This document shows, piece after piece, positions 39,420 through 53,429 of a stretch of DNA of 64,000 nucleotides (positions are counted from its first letter, which is position 1; each line of letters begins with the position of its first letter). Where the stretch lies: contig NC_068985.1 of NCBI RefSeq assembly GCF_001194135.2, forward strand, positions 54,856,228 to 54,920,227, given 5' to 3'. The notes beneath the pieces were generated by a model. The model was not told the origin of the DNA. It saw only the letters and a list, made by a program, of their open reading frames with translations, and searched no databases. The translations under genes and the position numbers were made by a program. This stretch comes from Octopus bimaculoides. Taxonomy: Eukaryota.

Positions 39420-39570
39420 TGCTGGATGTATCACGTGTGTTGTGCCATATGTGATGCATTATATTTGATGCATCATGTCTGATGTATCATGCTTGATGCA
39501 TTATGTCTGATGTATCATGCTTCAAGTACTATAATGTATTATGTGTCATGAAATACATCATGCTTGATTT
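39420..39570. repeat. ~15-bp tandem repeat (TGATGTATCATGCTT-like)
   Basis: Alternating TGATGCATTATGTC / TGATGTATCATGCT units. Confidence 0.7.
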
Positions 39571-40351
39571 AAAATGAAACAAAAAATTCAAAGTTTATGA
39601 TAACGGAACCACAACGAAGGTATTTTAAAAGATAATGATTGGTGTGAACACTGGAAGGTTGCTCCCTCAAATGCATAGGAGATTAAGGTGTACTATGTAT
39701 TAATAACAGTAACAATGAGAGTACTCAATACCTTTGCGGGAACTGCCGAGCATCACCTGTTTCTCAGTTAAGAAATATTTTTACTCCAGAGGTCTTCCAA
39801 AGCACAGTAACCAGTCGGAATGTCAACATTAGCTCAAGTTGTGAAAGGCGTGGAATATATATAAACGTTAATGCACATTTGTGCACACACAAACATGCGC
39901 ATGCACTCACACATTATATATTTCCTGCAGTTTCCTTCACATATCATTGGTTAGCCCAAAGCTACAGCAGAAGACATTTATCTAAGGTGCCATGTAGTGG
40001 GAATGAACCTGAGACTAGTTGGTTGGGAAGTGAACTTCTTAACTCTACCTCTACTTATATCTATCTATCTGTATATATGTGTGTATGTGTGTAATGAATA
40101 CACACACAGATAGGTATATAGATGGAGTAAAAAAAAAGATGCAGAAGAAGATAGATAACTGTGGCTGGAATGTTACTGAACTAAATGGCAAAAATCCACC
40201 TTAGGATGTACCTTATGATAATTCATGGTATGTTGTAAGTCATAAGATGCAATAAAGAAAGCAAATGCAATAAAATAAAACATGAGTTACAAATATTTAT
40301 TGACAATTACTCTGGTTACGTGAGACACAGGAGACAGGAATAATGATGTAC

Positions 40352-40682
40352 CTGGGCCAAGAATGGGGGGAGGCAAGAGTAGGTTTTGATCACGTTGTAA
40401 AGTTGTTGGAGATGCTGGCAGTTCGTTATGTAGCAACTGTGGAACATTCTGTGGAAGGTTGGTATTTGGTAGTGGTGCTCCAAATGGCATCAAATAATTC
40501 TGTTGAGGAGGCATTGCTATGATTGGTTGATGATTCGCTAGTTTCACTCGGACATCTTCCAAAACTTCATGCCGTGCATCTCCCACACCGACCGTATGTC
40601 GACGCATGGCCAGGTAGCGGGCCAATGCTTCTGGAGAAGGCTCTTCACTGTCAGAGTCAGATTGTTGAGAAGTTGCATCCGA
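40352..40682 (-). CDS. SIK3: SIK3 exon with RRHTV PKA/14-3-3 site (SDATSQQSDSDSEEPSPEALARYLAMRRHTVGVGD...PPPILGP)
   Basis: Acceptor tttcAG, donor GTacat; 331 nt, phase 0/1. Confidence 0.92.
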
Positions 40683-40784
40683 CTGAAACAAACAAACAAT
40701 CAACTATTATTCCAAATAAAATTTCATTGTTATGATAGACTTATGGTAGCCATTATGTTTATTCCACAGTGTCAGTGACCAGAA

Positions 40785-41035
40785 TGTAGATGTATGATGA
40801 CATACTTAGACACTTAATTGTAGATGTATAACATCAAATTATAACATTTTGTAGTAGCTGCATGATCACAAATTTTCAACATTTATTATAGATGTATGAC
40901 AAGAGACTTTGATGCTATACTATAGATGTATGACAAGAGACTTTGAAGCTATACTGTAGATATATGACAACAGACTGATGCTATACTGTAGATGTATGAC
41001 AGCAGACTGACACTTTATAGTATATGATACAATTA
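40785..41035. repeat. Degenerate ~33-bp minisatellite (TATAGATGTATGACAAGAGACTTTGATGCTATAC-like), about 8 units
   Basis: Units read directly; lies in SIK3 intron 40683-41260. Confidence 0.8.
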
Positions 41036-41260
41036 TAAAATTAAGCAAAAGGGAATATAATAGTGTATGTGTGTGTGAGTGTATGTTCATGTGGTTAACA
41101 TTACCATAATGTAAGTAATTTCAACACATGGTCTCTGATTAAGTGGTTTTTGCAAACAAGTTACAAATCCAAAATTCAAAATAAATTGTTTCCAAGAATT
41201 TGAAAGATTAAAATGAAAAAAGTCAAGTGTCTTTGGGAAAAATGAAGTTAATGAACTTAC

Positions 41261-41382
41261 ATCAGGAATTTGTGCTGGGTCAGTAAAGTAAGTTAACTGC
41301 GGAAGAGCTGCCAGAGTTGATGGTGCCAAGTGTGTCGGTGTAGGTTTGTCTAGAACCTCTACAGGTACTTCTACACGTTCAA
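41261..41382 (-). CDS. SIK3: SIK3 exon (VERVEVPVEVLDKPTPTHLAPSTLAALPQLTYFTDPAQIPD)
   Basis: Pyrimidine tract plus ccAG acceptor, donor GTaagt; 122 nt, phase 1/0 fits both neighbours. Confidence 0.85.
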
Positions 41383-41680
41383 CTGGAAAGAAGAAAAGTA
41401 ATGAAAGAATTTGAAAACCAAATAATTCACAAAGACCAATATATTGTTATGAATTACATAAATCTATGCAAAATCTCTTAGATAAATTCTAATTTATTAT
41501 AATAGGTACAAGTATGGTTGTGTGGATACTGTCAGCTGGTGTCATGTGTTATAACTGATTAACTAATATCTTGTCAGTGAAAACAGGTAGATGGAAACTG
41601 AAGAAGCCAGCTGTGTATGTGCGTGTGTGCATGTATGTGTGTGCATGTATGTGTGTAAATATATATAAACATATATGTGC

Positions 41681-41722
<42 letters not shown>

Positions 41723-42157
41723 TTATATATACACACACATGCACATAATGCAGTGAAAGTCTCTCACATTTGTTTTGTTTTTAGCTAGCAAGGGTTGAGG
41801 GCATATCACAACCAGCCTCGAAAATTGTTGCTGCTGCTCCTACTACTGCTGCCACCACCACCACCACCACCACTACCACATGCGCTTGTATGTGTGTGTG
41901 TGTATATACACAGAAGTAATAATAATAATAATAAGTAATATTTACCCCCACTTAAACATGGTAGATACCAAAGAAACTCTCAATATGAGAGTTCCTCTCA
42001 TGGTACAAACAAGAGTGCATTTTGCACTCTTATTTATATTGCTAGTGGAGAGATTAGTTGTCACCACCTCCGGTGCTGAGACCACAATATCATGTGATTT
42101 TGACCGTCCTTAATCCTTTCAATGATGGATGCTCAAGTACTAGTACTGCCTCTATCA

Positions 42158-42196
<39 letters not shown>

Positions 42197-42657
42197 ATAA
42201 TAATAATAATAATGATAAGGATTATTATGAGGTAGCATAGCATTACCTTGAATTCCTTTTTATATATATACAGATTCAAATAGACCTACACATGTTTCTA
42301 CTGCATCAATTAGTAACCATTGCAATTTCAATCCTACTATAATACCGATGCAGTTTCTTCAGGGTCTTCACTTTAATATCCTTTGATTTAACTGTTTAAA
42401 GTTTCTCGTTTATTTACTCTGCATTGTATGATGTGGAGTCATTTGTTAATTTAGACATGAACTATCTTCAATTCAAGTTTTGATTTGATAAGCACTTAAA
42501 GTCAATTATTTCAAAACATTCTCTTGTCTAAATGTTTATTACTCATTTATATTGAGCAAAGGTAAATTTCTTCATATGCAAGCATCTCAAAGCTTGTTCT
42601 AGTCTAGAATTTATTATATTACCCTTAGATGTAGGTAGTGTTACTGCTGCACTCTGT

Positions 42658-42707
<50 letters not shown>

Positions 42708-43049
42708 AAATATATGTATGTATCACAAAATATCACAAAATGCTTTGTGATATTTCTTTTGGCTTTTCAATGTTCTGAGTTTAAATCCTGCTGATATCAT
42801 CTTTACCTTTCACACATTCAGGGTTGATAAAATTATGTACCAATCATGTACTGTAGATTGATATTGTCAATTATTTCCTTCTGCTCAAATTTTTGGCCTT
42901 GTGCTGATGTAGAAAATAATTATTTACAGTGATTTAAAAATTTAATTTTTAATTTAATTAAATACCTATTTTTCTCTTATTTAAACCAACAATGTTTTAA
43001 GTTAATTTTCAAAGCATAACAAAATATAACAGATGGCAATTTGTATGTA

Positions 43050-43407
43050 TCTTTTATTTTTTTATTTCAGTCAATGGACTATGGTCATACTGGGGCACCA
43101 TCTTCAAGGACTTTAGTTGAATAAATCAATTTCGTTTTCTTTTTAAAGTCTGGTAATTATTCTATTGGTCTGTTTTGGTGAACTGATAAGTTATGAGGAT
43201 GTAAACAAACCAACACTGGTTGTCAAGCAGTGGCTGTAGGCAAACACAATAGACTTCTTTCAGTTTCCATCTATCAAATCCACTCACAAGACTTTGGTAA
43301 GCCCAGAGTTATAGTAGAAGATACTTGCCCAAGGTGTTGTACAGTGGGACTGAACCTGGGACCATGTGGTCAAGAAGCAAACTTATTAATAGACAGTCAA
43401 GCCTGCA
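43050..43407 (-). mobile_element. Family A SINE
   Basis: Full-length reverse complement of family A. Confidence 0.7.
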
Positions 43408-44036
43408 CTGTCAGTAATTAGAAAACTGATTACGGGTTGTGTGTTTATATGTTTATAACACACCCAACTCAACACAAGCTTATACATTTTCTATGTAGAT
43501 AGATTAATACTCTATACCTATAACCTTCAAAGACGGTGTGTGTATGTATTTATATATATGAAGACAACTGGAGATAAGCTGCTCAAACACTTTGTCAGGG
43601 CCGCCGATCTTCATCCATTTGTGATTGATTGGAGCCTAGTGCAGCCATCTGGCTCATCAGTCCTCAGTCAAACCATCCGACTCATGCCAGCATGGAAAGC
43701 GGATGCTAAACGATTATTATGATAATGATGATGATGATATTTTGTGAGGGTACATGGCCTAGTGGTTTTGGTGTTACACTCATAATCGCAAAATTGTGGT
43801 TTCAATTCCTGGACCATGCTGTGTTTTGTTCTTGAGCTAAACTCATGTGGTTCTGTGATCACTTCAACATCTGGCATGTAGTACACACTGTACCAGTTCA
43901 TGCAATACTGATTTAATGGAGATATTGAACCAACATGCAGCACAAATATTTGATCACTATAAACAAATCATCAGTGCAAGTTGTTCAGTAAGAAATTGCA
44001 GAAGTCTTTCTCGGATTATGAGAGACTACCATCAAT

Positions 44037-44073
<37 letters not shown>

Positions 44074-44075
44074 AA

Positions 44076-44109
<34 letters not shown>

Positions 44110-44123
44110 NNNNNNNNNNGTGT

Positions 44124-44190
<67 letters not shown>

Positions 44191-44206
44191 ATTTACTGAA
44201 ACTTAC

Positions 44207-44381
44207 CAACACCAGTTGTGATACTTGAACGTCGCTCAGTTCGAGTAGCAACAGGTAAACTGGAACCAAGAGTGTCTGGATTAGACAATTTATTGGTTAA
44301 AGTCTTTGGGTGTCGTTTACATTTGTCTAGTAGAAGATGGTAGATGGCACTATGGTGGTCGTATGCTTCAGTTTTCACAGC
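44207..44381 (-). CDS. SIK3: SIK3 exon, end of UBA plus RRSS motif (AVKTEAYDHHSAIYHLLLDKCKR...ERRSSITTGV)
   Basis: Acceptor ttccAG, donor GTaagt; 175 nt, phase 0/1. AYDHHSAIYHLL matches the SIK UBA. Confidence 0.93.
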
Positions 44382-44821
44382 CTGGAATGATGAGGGACAA
44401 AGGTCAAATCAACATTAAACATTTCAAATGTTGGTGAAGGAAAACACTTAACATATGTACAATTTGTTGTGCATCATCTTATACTCTGAACAGCTAAACA
44501 ATGATGATGATGATAATAGTGATTATCATAAGGATGATGGTTTATCTGAACCCACGATTAAATTTTTCTCTGACACCTAACAGAAACCACATCATACAAT
44601 AGTCCTTTTTCTTACGCTTTACAGTTCTGATGCAGGAGCTAAGACTAGTTTATACTTCTTACAGTACTTTAGAAACTAAGAAAATTCTTCAGAGATATTA
44701 CTCTGGCCTCTATAACAAAAGGGACCAGATCCTGAGAGAAGGACTTTCTTTGGAAGGGCTAGGAATGATTTATTCAAAAGAAATCTATGACATATTTATA
44801 TTATGAGGTCATATTATGCTT

Positions 44822-45151
44822 CCACTTGTTCCAGTCAGTTGACTGTGGCCATGCTGGAGCACTGCCTTAAAAATATCTTAGTCAAAGAAATCGACCCCAG
44901 GAGTTATTCTTTGTAAGCTTAGTAATCATTCTATCGATCTCTTTTGCTAAACTGCTACATTATGGGGATGTAACCATACTAACAATGGTTGTCAAGTGAT
45001 AGTGGGGAACAAACAGACACACATATATATTTTATATATATATATATACATACACACACACATATATATACATACATACACACATATACACACATAAATA
45101 CACACATACACACACACATATATATACATACATACACACATATACATACAT

Positions 45152-45189
<38 letters not shown>

Positions 45190-45370
45190 GACAGGCTTCT
45201 TTCAGTTTCTGTCTACCAAATCCACTCACAAGGATATGGTCGGCCTGAGGCTATAGTAGAAAGTGCTTGTCCAAGGTGCCATGCAGTGGGACTGATGTGG
45301 TTGGGAAACAAGTTTCTTGCTGGAACCATGTGGCTGGGAATCAAGTTTCTTGCCGCACAGCCACGCCTGT
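44822..45370 (-). mobile_element. Family A SINE with expanded internal microsatellite and ~33-nt head duplication
   Basis: Family A tail and head flank about 170 nt of (CA/TA)n; ATGTGG(T/C)TGGGAA(A/T)CAAGTTTCTTGC is repeated twice. Confidence 0.7.
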
Positions 45371-46146
45371 GTATTCAGTAAGGAGCAATATAAAATTATC
45401 CTTGGAGCAGTACTTATACTCCAGCTTCCTGCTCACAGGTATGCTGTCTTGTCTTTTTTCTGCCTTTTCTATTGCTACTAAAATGGTTTCTGTTCCTTGG
45501 AGCTGGATTGTCTCATACATCCACCACTCAGGCAACCCTAACCCACTCATCTCTCCCCTCTTGGCTCTGCATTAATCAGTGTTATTTCCTTGGCTCTACT
45601 ACACTTTCAAAGTTATGTGAAATAAGTGATCCCTTACTTGAAAGACAGGTAAAGGTTAGCAACAGAAAGGGCAACATTGCCTCAATAATATGTACTCATC
45701 TAACCCTGCCAGATTGAAAAACCAAACTAACAAACCTATGAGGCAAACACACTTCTCTTCTCAACTATTTTTTCTCTTTCACACTCCTCCTTTACTCCTC
45801 TGATGAAAGACTACTGTCTGAAACATCTAGACTCTTTCCTTTCATTTTTAAGTATTAAACTAACACAACATTTATTAAAACTTGTCCCTCCTGTGTTGTC
45901 TTTTATCTTTTTTGCCCAATGCTTCCACAATACATCATGCTGAGTTAAAAGCAGCCAACATTTTGAGCCATGAATAACTAGCACTGGAATTTTGGAGAGA
46001 GAGAGAGAAAGAGAGAGAGAGGGAGAGAGAGAGAGAGGGGGAGANNNNNNNNNNNNNNNNNNNNNNNNNNNNNNNNNNNNNNNNNNNNNNNNNNNNNNNN
46101 NNNNNNNNNNNNNNNNNNNNNNNNNNNNNNNNNNNNNNNNNNNNNN

Positions 46147-46203
<57 letters not shown>

Positions 46204-46478
46204 CTCTTTCAGCTGAGTGGACTGGGGCAATGTGAACTGGAGTGCTTGGCTCAAAGATAAATTGCACAGCCCTGTGCCAGAAATTTAACCCATGACTTTG
46301 TAATCACGAACCCAATAACTTAACTACAAGGTCACACATATTCACACACACACACACAAACATGCAAATGAATGAGCGTGGAAGCTCTACTAAAAAGAGA
46401 AAAGAACAAACAAACAAAAGTAAATATATCCATAAAAATTTCAAAAGACATAGGAAAATAATATCTATGAATGTTCAC

Positions 46479-46711
46479 CTCAACAGTTCGTTCTCGGTCC
46501 AGTTTAAAGCTCTCCATGTAGTTGAGTACCTGCTCATTCAGATGATTGGTCTCCTGGCTCAGTTCGGACGAACCATTACAATTCGAGATAAGCTGCTCAA
46601 ACACTTTGTCGGGGCCGCCGATCTTCATCCATTTGTGATTGATCACTTGTTCTATCGATATCCGTTTGACCGGATCAACTACTAACATATGGCTGATCAA
46701 GTTCTCACATT
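46479..46711 (-). CDS. SIK3: SIK3 exon, kinase subdomain XI, linker and start of UBA (ECENLISHMLVVDPVKRISIEQVINHKWM...LNEQVLNYMESFKLDRERTVE)
   Basis: Acceptor atacAG, donor GTgaac; 233 nt, phase 1/0. Confidence 0.93.
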
Positions 46712-47699
46712 CTGTATTAAGTATGACAAAGACACAGACAGATCAGAGAAGAGATAAATGAAAGAAATGAATTATGGTTACTGAATGCTGGCAGACATGT
46801 TATGTTGTTGGTAAAGAGTCTGATGGTAAGAATATATAAAACAAGACAAAATTACAATATAAGATACATCAGTCCCTTGGTTTACATGACACTCAGTTTG
46901 CAGGGTTATGTTTGGGGTTGAATAATCTCCTAAACACTTTATGTACACAGAAGGGCATGCATAGTTGTGTGGTTAAGACAGTCACTTTTGAACCATGTAG
47001 TTTTGAGTTCAGTCCTACTGTGCATCACTTTGGGCAAGTGTCTTGTACTATAACCCTAGAATGACCCAAAGCCTTCAGTGAATTAGGTAAACATGACAAA
47101 ATGTGGAAGCCCACTGTATGTGTGTGTATGTCAAAACAAAAGATTGGAAAACATTTCTGGTGTTATTTATTCACCATTACACATGTTTCATTTGCTAATA
47201 GGAGTAAAAAAATTGTACATGTAAGAGAAACATGTAAAACATCTATTAGCAATCCATCAGACTGAGAATCAAACAATTTTTTCCAGTATCCTGTTTTGAT
47301 ATGTAATTACTCTGCATAACATATTTTCCAGAATTTTCAACTCTTATGAATACCTCATACATATATAACATCTACATATGATTTTGGAGTACTGGAATAG
47401 ATAAATGTGCTTCAAGAGGAGGCAGCTTGGATTTTTACCCTATCTACATATTATNNNNNNNNNNGTGTGGACATGTCCATCTCAACACTGCTTGACAACT
47501 GGTGTTGGTTTGTTTACATCCTCATAACTTAGTGGTTTGATAAAAATGATACAATAGAATAAGTATCAAGCTTAAAAAAAATAAACTACTCTGGTTCAAT
47601 TGTTCAGCTAAGCCCTTCAAGCCAATGCCACAACATGGCTGTAGTCCAATAACTAAAACAAGTAAAGGACAAGATCCAGGGCCACTATCACTTTGTCAT

Positions 47700-48175
47700 T
47701 TCTGTCTCGGATGAGAGACAGCTGCATAAAGTGCTGATCTCTAATTGTGGAGGGAACCTGTGGAAGGGGTAGATACATGAAGACATGGGATGAAATGGTG
47801 ATAAAAGATCTTCAGAGGCTGGGCCTCACTGAGGAGATGAAAAGGGACCAAGACCTCTGGCGATTTGCTGCACTTTCGGCTGAGAGCTCTTTGATTTGCA
47901 GCTGCTGGTGCCATTTAAGTGCACTCATGCTGGTGCCACATAAAATACACTCATGTCAGTACCAGATAGGGTGCACTAATGCCAGTGCTGCATAAAAGCA
48001 CCCAGCACACTCTGTAAAGTGGTTGGCATTAGGAAGGGCATCCAGCCATAGAAACCATGCCAAATAGACAATTGGAGCCTGGACAGCTTTCCAGCTTGTC
48101 AGCTCCTATCAAACTGTAAAACCAATACCAGCATGGAAAACAGATGTTAAACAATGGTGATGATGATGATGATAT
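47700..48175 (+). mobile_element. RTE LINE 3' end with (GAT)n tail
   Basis: GRGRYMKTWDEMVIKDLQRLGL resembles the RTE ORF end, followed by the same 3' UTR as 60330-60580. Confidence 0.65.
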
Positions 48176-49418
48176 TTATTTCATTTTACTTACACATCAC
48201 TTCTTTGACAATGAAAAAGGTCATATTTTGCACTAACTTAAAAGTTAGAATTAATTTTTTCTATATTTTGTTAAATAATTTCAAAACTGAATAATAGAGT
48301 TTTGAATGTCAAGAAAGTTGATTTCTCTAGAATCAAGAATGAAGAAATTAAAATAACTTCAGCTACGAAGAGCAAAAGATTTTAATTTAAATGAATTGTT
48401 AGAAAAATTACAAGAAATGGAGAAAACATTAGAACTAGTTGAATGATTGGATCTCAAATAGCTTTAAAACACACATCATGTAAATGTACTAACATTATAG
48501 AAACAATGGAATAAGTACTACTATTTTGGATAGTAAAGGAAATCCTATATTGTGACAGCAGCCACATGTGTGAGTGTATGTGTGTATGTCTATATATATG
48601 CATATATGTATAGATATACCATGTCCACTCATAAGGCTTTGGTTGGCACAAGGGTATCGTGGAAGACACTTGCCCTAAAAGCCATATAGTGAGCTTGAAC
48701 TTGAGTCAATACGGTTGGGAAACAAGCTTCATAACTACACAGCTATGTCTGTGCCTGGATGAACAGAGACTATATTTTGTCTTCTAGCTAAAAAACAAAA
48801 GTGAGGGGGTATATTTGGTTGGGTGAGGGAGGAATGGCACTTGTCAGTTTAAGAACCACTGGACAAGTTGAGCATTGTATACACACGCATATACATCATC
48901 ATCATCACCATCATTTAATGTCCGCTTTCCATGTTGGCATGGGTTGGATGGTTTGACTGAGGACTGGCGAGCCAGTTATAAAATTGTAGTGGTAGTGGTG
49001 GGGACAGTAATAAATATTTGGGGTACAGCATTATTCATGTGAAATAAATAACAAAGAAATATAATAAAAATAACAATTATGTATGTAGGACTTTTGTAAA
49101 AAAGTTGAATACAATATTATGATAGGGACTTATTTTAGTGGCAGCAATAATGACAGCAAGATTTTATTTTCAAATGTGGTGATAAAAAGACGAAAAAAAG
49201 AAGAAGAAAAACTTCAGTAAGATGTAATTGTTTCAAAAGTGAGATGCAAAGAATGTGTTTCTTGAACAAATGGATGTAGAATGTAAGTCGACATTTGTTT
49301 GTTTATTGTATATATTTTTAGCAAGACCTTGCATCATGCCATAATTGAGGTCTATTGTTTGTTCTCAATAGAAAGAGAGAGAGAAATAGAAGGAAGAAGA
49401 AGAGAGCAATAAATGTTA

Positions 49419-49553
<135 letters not shown>

Positions 49554-50015
49554 CTACAAAAAGAAAACAAAAAAGAAGGAAAATATTAAAATAAAAAAGA
49601 CAAAAAAAAAAAAAAAAAAAANNNNNNNNNNNNNNNNNNNNNNNNNNNNNNNNNNNNNNNNNNNNNNNNNNNNNNNNNNNNNNNNNNNNNNNNNNNNNNN
49701 NNNNNNNNNNNNNNNNNNNNNNNNNNNNNNNNNNNNNNNNNNNNNNNNNNNNNNNNNNNNNNNNNNNNNNNNNNNNNNNNNNNNNNNNNNNNNNNNNNNN
49801 NNNNNNNNNNNNNNNNNNNNNNNNNNNNNNNNNNNNNNNNNNNNNNNNNNNNNNNNNNNNNNNNNNNNNNNNNNNNNNNNNNNNNNNNNNNNNNNNNNNN
49901 NNNNNNNNNNNNNNNNNNNNNNNNNNNNNNNNNNNNNNNNNNNNNNNNNNNNNNNNNNNNNNNNNNNNNNNNNNNNNNNNNNNNNNNNNNNNNNNNNNNN
50001 NNNNNNNNNNNNNNN

Positions 50016-50063
<48 letters not shown>

Positions 50064-51471
50064 ATTAATAAAAACACACACACACACACACACTATATAT
50101 ATATTATACATGCGTATATTTCATTGCTGTAATCTCATTGTTTTACATCCACTTTCCATGTTGGTATGGGCTGGATGGCTAATTACTCCTACACAGATCA
50201 GACGAAAACAACTCATGCAAAACTTCTATTTTAGGTTGGTTCCTACAGCTGGATGCACTTCCTAATTTCAACAAGTTTTCAGAGTATAGTGGATACATTT
50301 TATCAAGCCAAAAGAAAGAAAGAAAGACAGAAAGAAAGAAATAAAGAAAAAAAAGAAAGGAAAAGGAAAGGAAAGAAAGACAGAAAGAAACACAAACACA
50401 CACACCATAGACTCATGTTTGCATCCGTACACACTGAGACATGTAACAGACAAAAAGAAACACACCCACACCCACCCTAACAGTGAAGTTGTGCCCTAAA
50501 CCATGTTATACATCTATACTTTGCTAACCTTGCCACCATCATCATCAACAACAACATCATCATCATTTTAATGTCCACTTTTCTGTATTGGGTTTGAGGA
50601 AATTTGCGCAGGAAGATTTTCTGTACCGAATGTTCTTTCAGTTGCCAATTCTCCCTGCTTCCACACAAGGAAATATTTTCCCCAGTCCTTCAAACAATAA
50701 ACAACTCAATGGTTTTGACCAGTTCTCATAAATGATTACAAACAATGACATTATTTGTATGGATGGTGACTGTCTTTAACTAGCATGCATACATCACAAC
50801 AAAGGGAAGCCACCCACACACGACAGGTTTCTGTATAGGTTCTGCCTACCAATTTCACTGATAGGGCATTGCTCAGCCAGCAGCCATAGTAGAAGATAGT
50901 ACTATACAGTGGTAACGAAACCTAAACTATGCAGTTCTGATTATTTCTTTCTCCATTAAATGCAAACATATTGAAAATAACATGATACAGCTAAGAAGAA
51001 GGGTTATAATCACTCCAGTCTTTAACAGCATTAACCACTGTGCAGGATTTCCATAAACCCAGAAGCTATCTGGTGATTGCTCCACTGTTTGAAGAACATC
51101 AGTCACTAATCATTTCAGTTCTTCAGTAACATTTCACATTTATCTAAGCATTGTTTTTATACACACACACATAGGTGTGTGTGTCTTTGTGTCTGTGTTT
51201 GTCCCTCAGTACCACTTGATAACTGGTGTTGGTGTGTTTACATCCCTGTAGCTTAGCAGTTCAACAAAAGAGATTAATAGAATAAGTACCAGGCTTAAAA
51301 AAAGAAGTACAGGGGTTGATTCATTCGACTTAAAATTCTTCAAGGTGGTGCAGCATGGCCACAGTCTAATGACTGAAATGAGCAGAAGATAATTTCTACT
51401 TCTATAAATTTTATAGCTACCCCCAAACCTTCACTACTGGAAGTAGTTAAAAAAAAAACAAACCTTTTGTC

Positions 51472-52165
51472 AAGGTGTGGCTGTATGGTAAGAAGCTAGC
51501 TTCCCAGCCTCATGGTTCCGAGTTCATTTCCACTGCATGGCATCTTGGGCAAATGTCTTCTACTATAACCTCAGGCTGACCAAAGCCTTGTGAGTGGATT
51601 TAGTAGACAGAAACTGAAAGAAGCTAGGCTGGCATGTAAAAAACACCACTTGAGCATAGCCGTTGCCAGTATCACCAGACTGGCCCTCGTGCCGGTGGCA
51701 CGAAAAAGCATCCACTACACTCTCAGAGTGGTTGGTGTTAGGAAGGGCATCCAGCTGTAGAAACTCTGCCAGATCAGATTGGAGCCTGGTGCAGCCCTCT
51801 GGTTCGCCAGTCCTCAGTCAAATCGTCCAACCCATACTAGCATGGAAAGCAGACATTAAACAATGATGATGATGATGATGACGATGATGATGATGACGAT
51901 GATGATGATATATATATATATATATACATATGTGTATATATGTACATATTTATGTGTGTATGTGTGTGTGTCTGTGTTTGTCCTCCCACCATTGCTTAGC
52001 AACCAATGCTGGTGTGTTTATGTCCCTGTAAATTAGTGGTTCGGCAAAAAAGACCGATAGAATAATTACTAGGCTTACAAAGAATAAGTTCTGGGGTTGA
52101 TTTCTTTGACTAAAACCCTTTAAGTCAATGCTCCAGCATGGCTGCAGTCAAATGACTGAAGGAAT
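51472..52165 (+). mobile_element. Family A SINE interrupted by an RTE-tail element (nested)
   Basis: Head at 51472-51625, RTE tail plus (GAT)n at 51627-51908, microsatellite, then family A tail at 51960-52165. Confidence 0.7.
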
Positions 52166-52443
52166 AAAAGAAGAATTGCTTTCAAGCTTCTACCCCTTCT
52201 CCATGAACTCAGTAACACAGTAGACAATGACATTTGGCTGATGTTACCACTGCTCCCTCCACACTCTTAATATTTCTTTACTTCATTAATTCCGTCCCTT
52301 ACTAGGCTAGTAAGTTAGAACATACAAATAACAACAGTGCAGAAATGTAAAAAGAATGAAAAAAATTGGGTGATTAAATATGTCTGGAATTAATGAAAAG
52401 TTGATTAATTTTCAATTAGATTTATACACTTGAATTTATTTTA

Positions 52444-52755
<312 letters not shown>

Positions 52756-53429
52756 TTAATGAATAATTTAAAATGTACTGATATACTGCATAATGAACAA
52801 TTCAAATTTACTAATATATTTGTTAATTAAGATTTAAAAAAAGAACAACATGTAAATGAAGTGTTGAAAGTAGAGAGGGTATATAAAAGTTATAATGTGT
52901 GTGTGTGCGTGTGCATTTATGTATTTGGGCATGTATGTGTAAGTATGCACACGTGTGTGAATGTCTGTAAATATGTGCATGTTAGTATGTATGCTCTTCC
53001 AGACAGGAGTTTTAAATTGTATTTTTAGACAATGATTTTAATTTTAAAGAACAGAGTCCCATTTGCTTCCTCATCTTTTTTGCAACACTTCGCCATTTAA
53101 ATTCTAAAATTTTGTCCCAAGTAGCATTGTCATTTGTAGCATATGAATTATGGAGTCATGTTCCTTCTTGAAGAATACAAACAAATTCAGCCATAGTGTG
53201 ATAGGCAGGAATTCCATTCAGTGTACCCAATGAAAGCTATAGACACACAAGAGGTGCAGTGGAATAATAGGAAGGTTGACAGAGAAAGTAGTGTTTGTAT
53301 ATGGAAGATGTACAGGAACCATAAAGTCTACAGATACATGAGAAATTGATTTTCTCAAATGCTCCAGAGGCTCTCTAGAGACAGTGGATAATTTCTGCTA
53401 CCTAGATGACCTAATTAGCAGTGGAGGAG

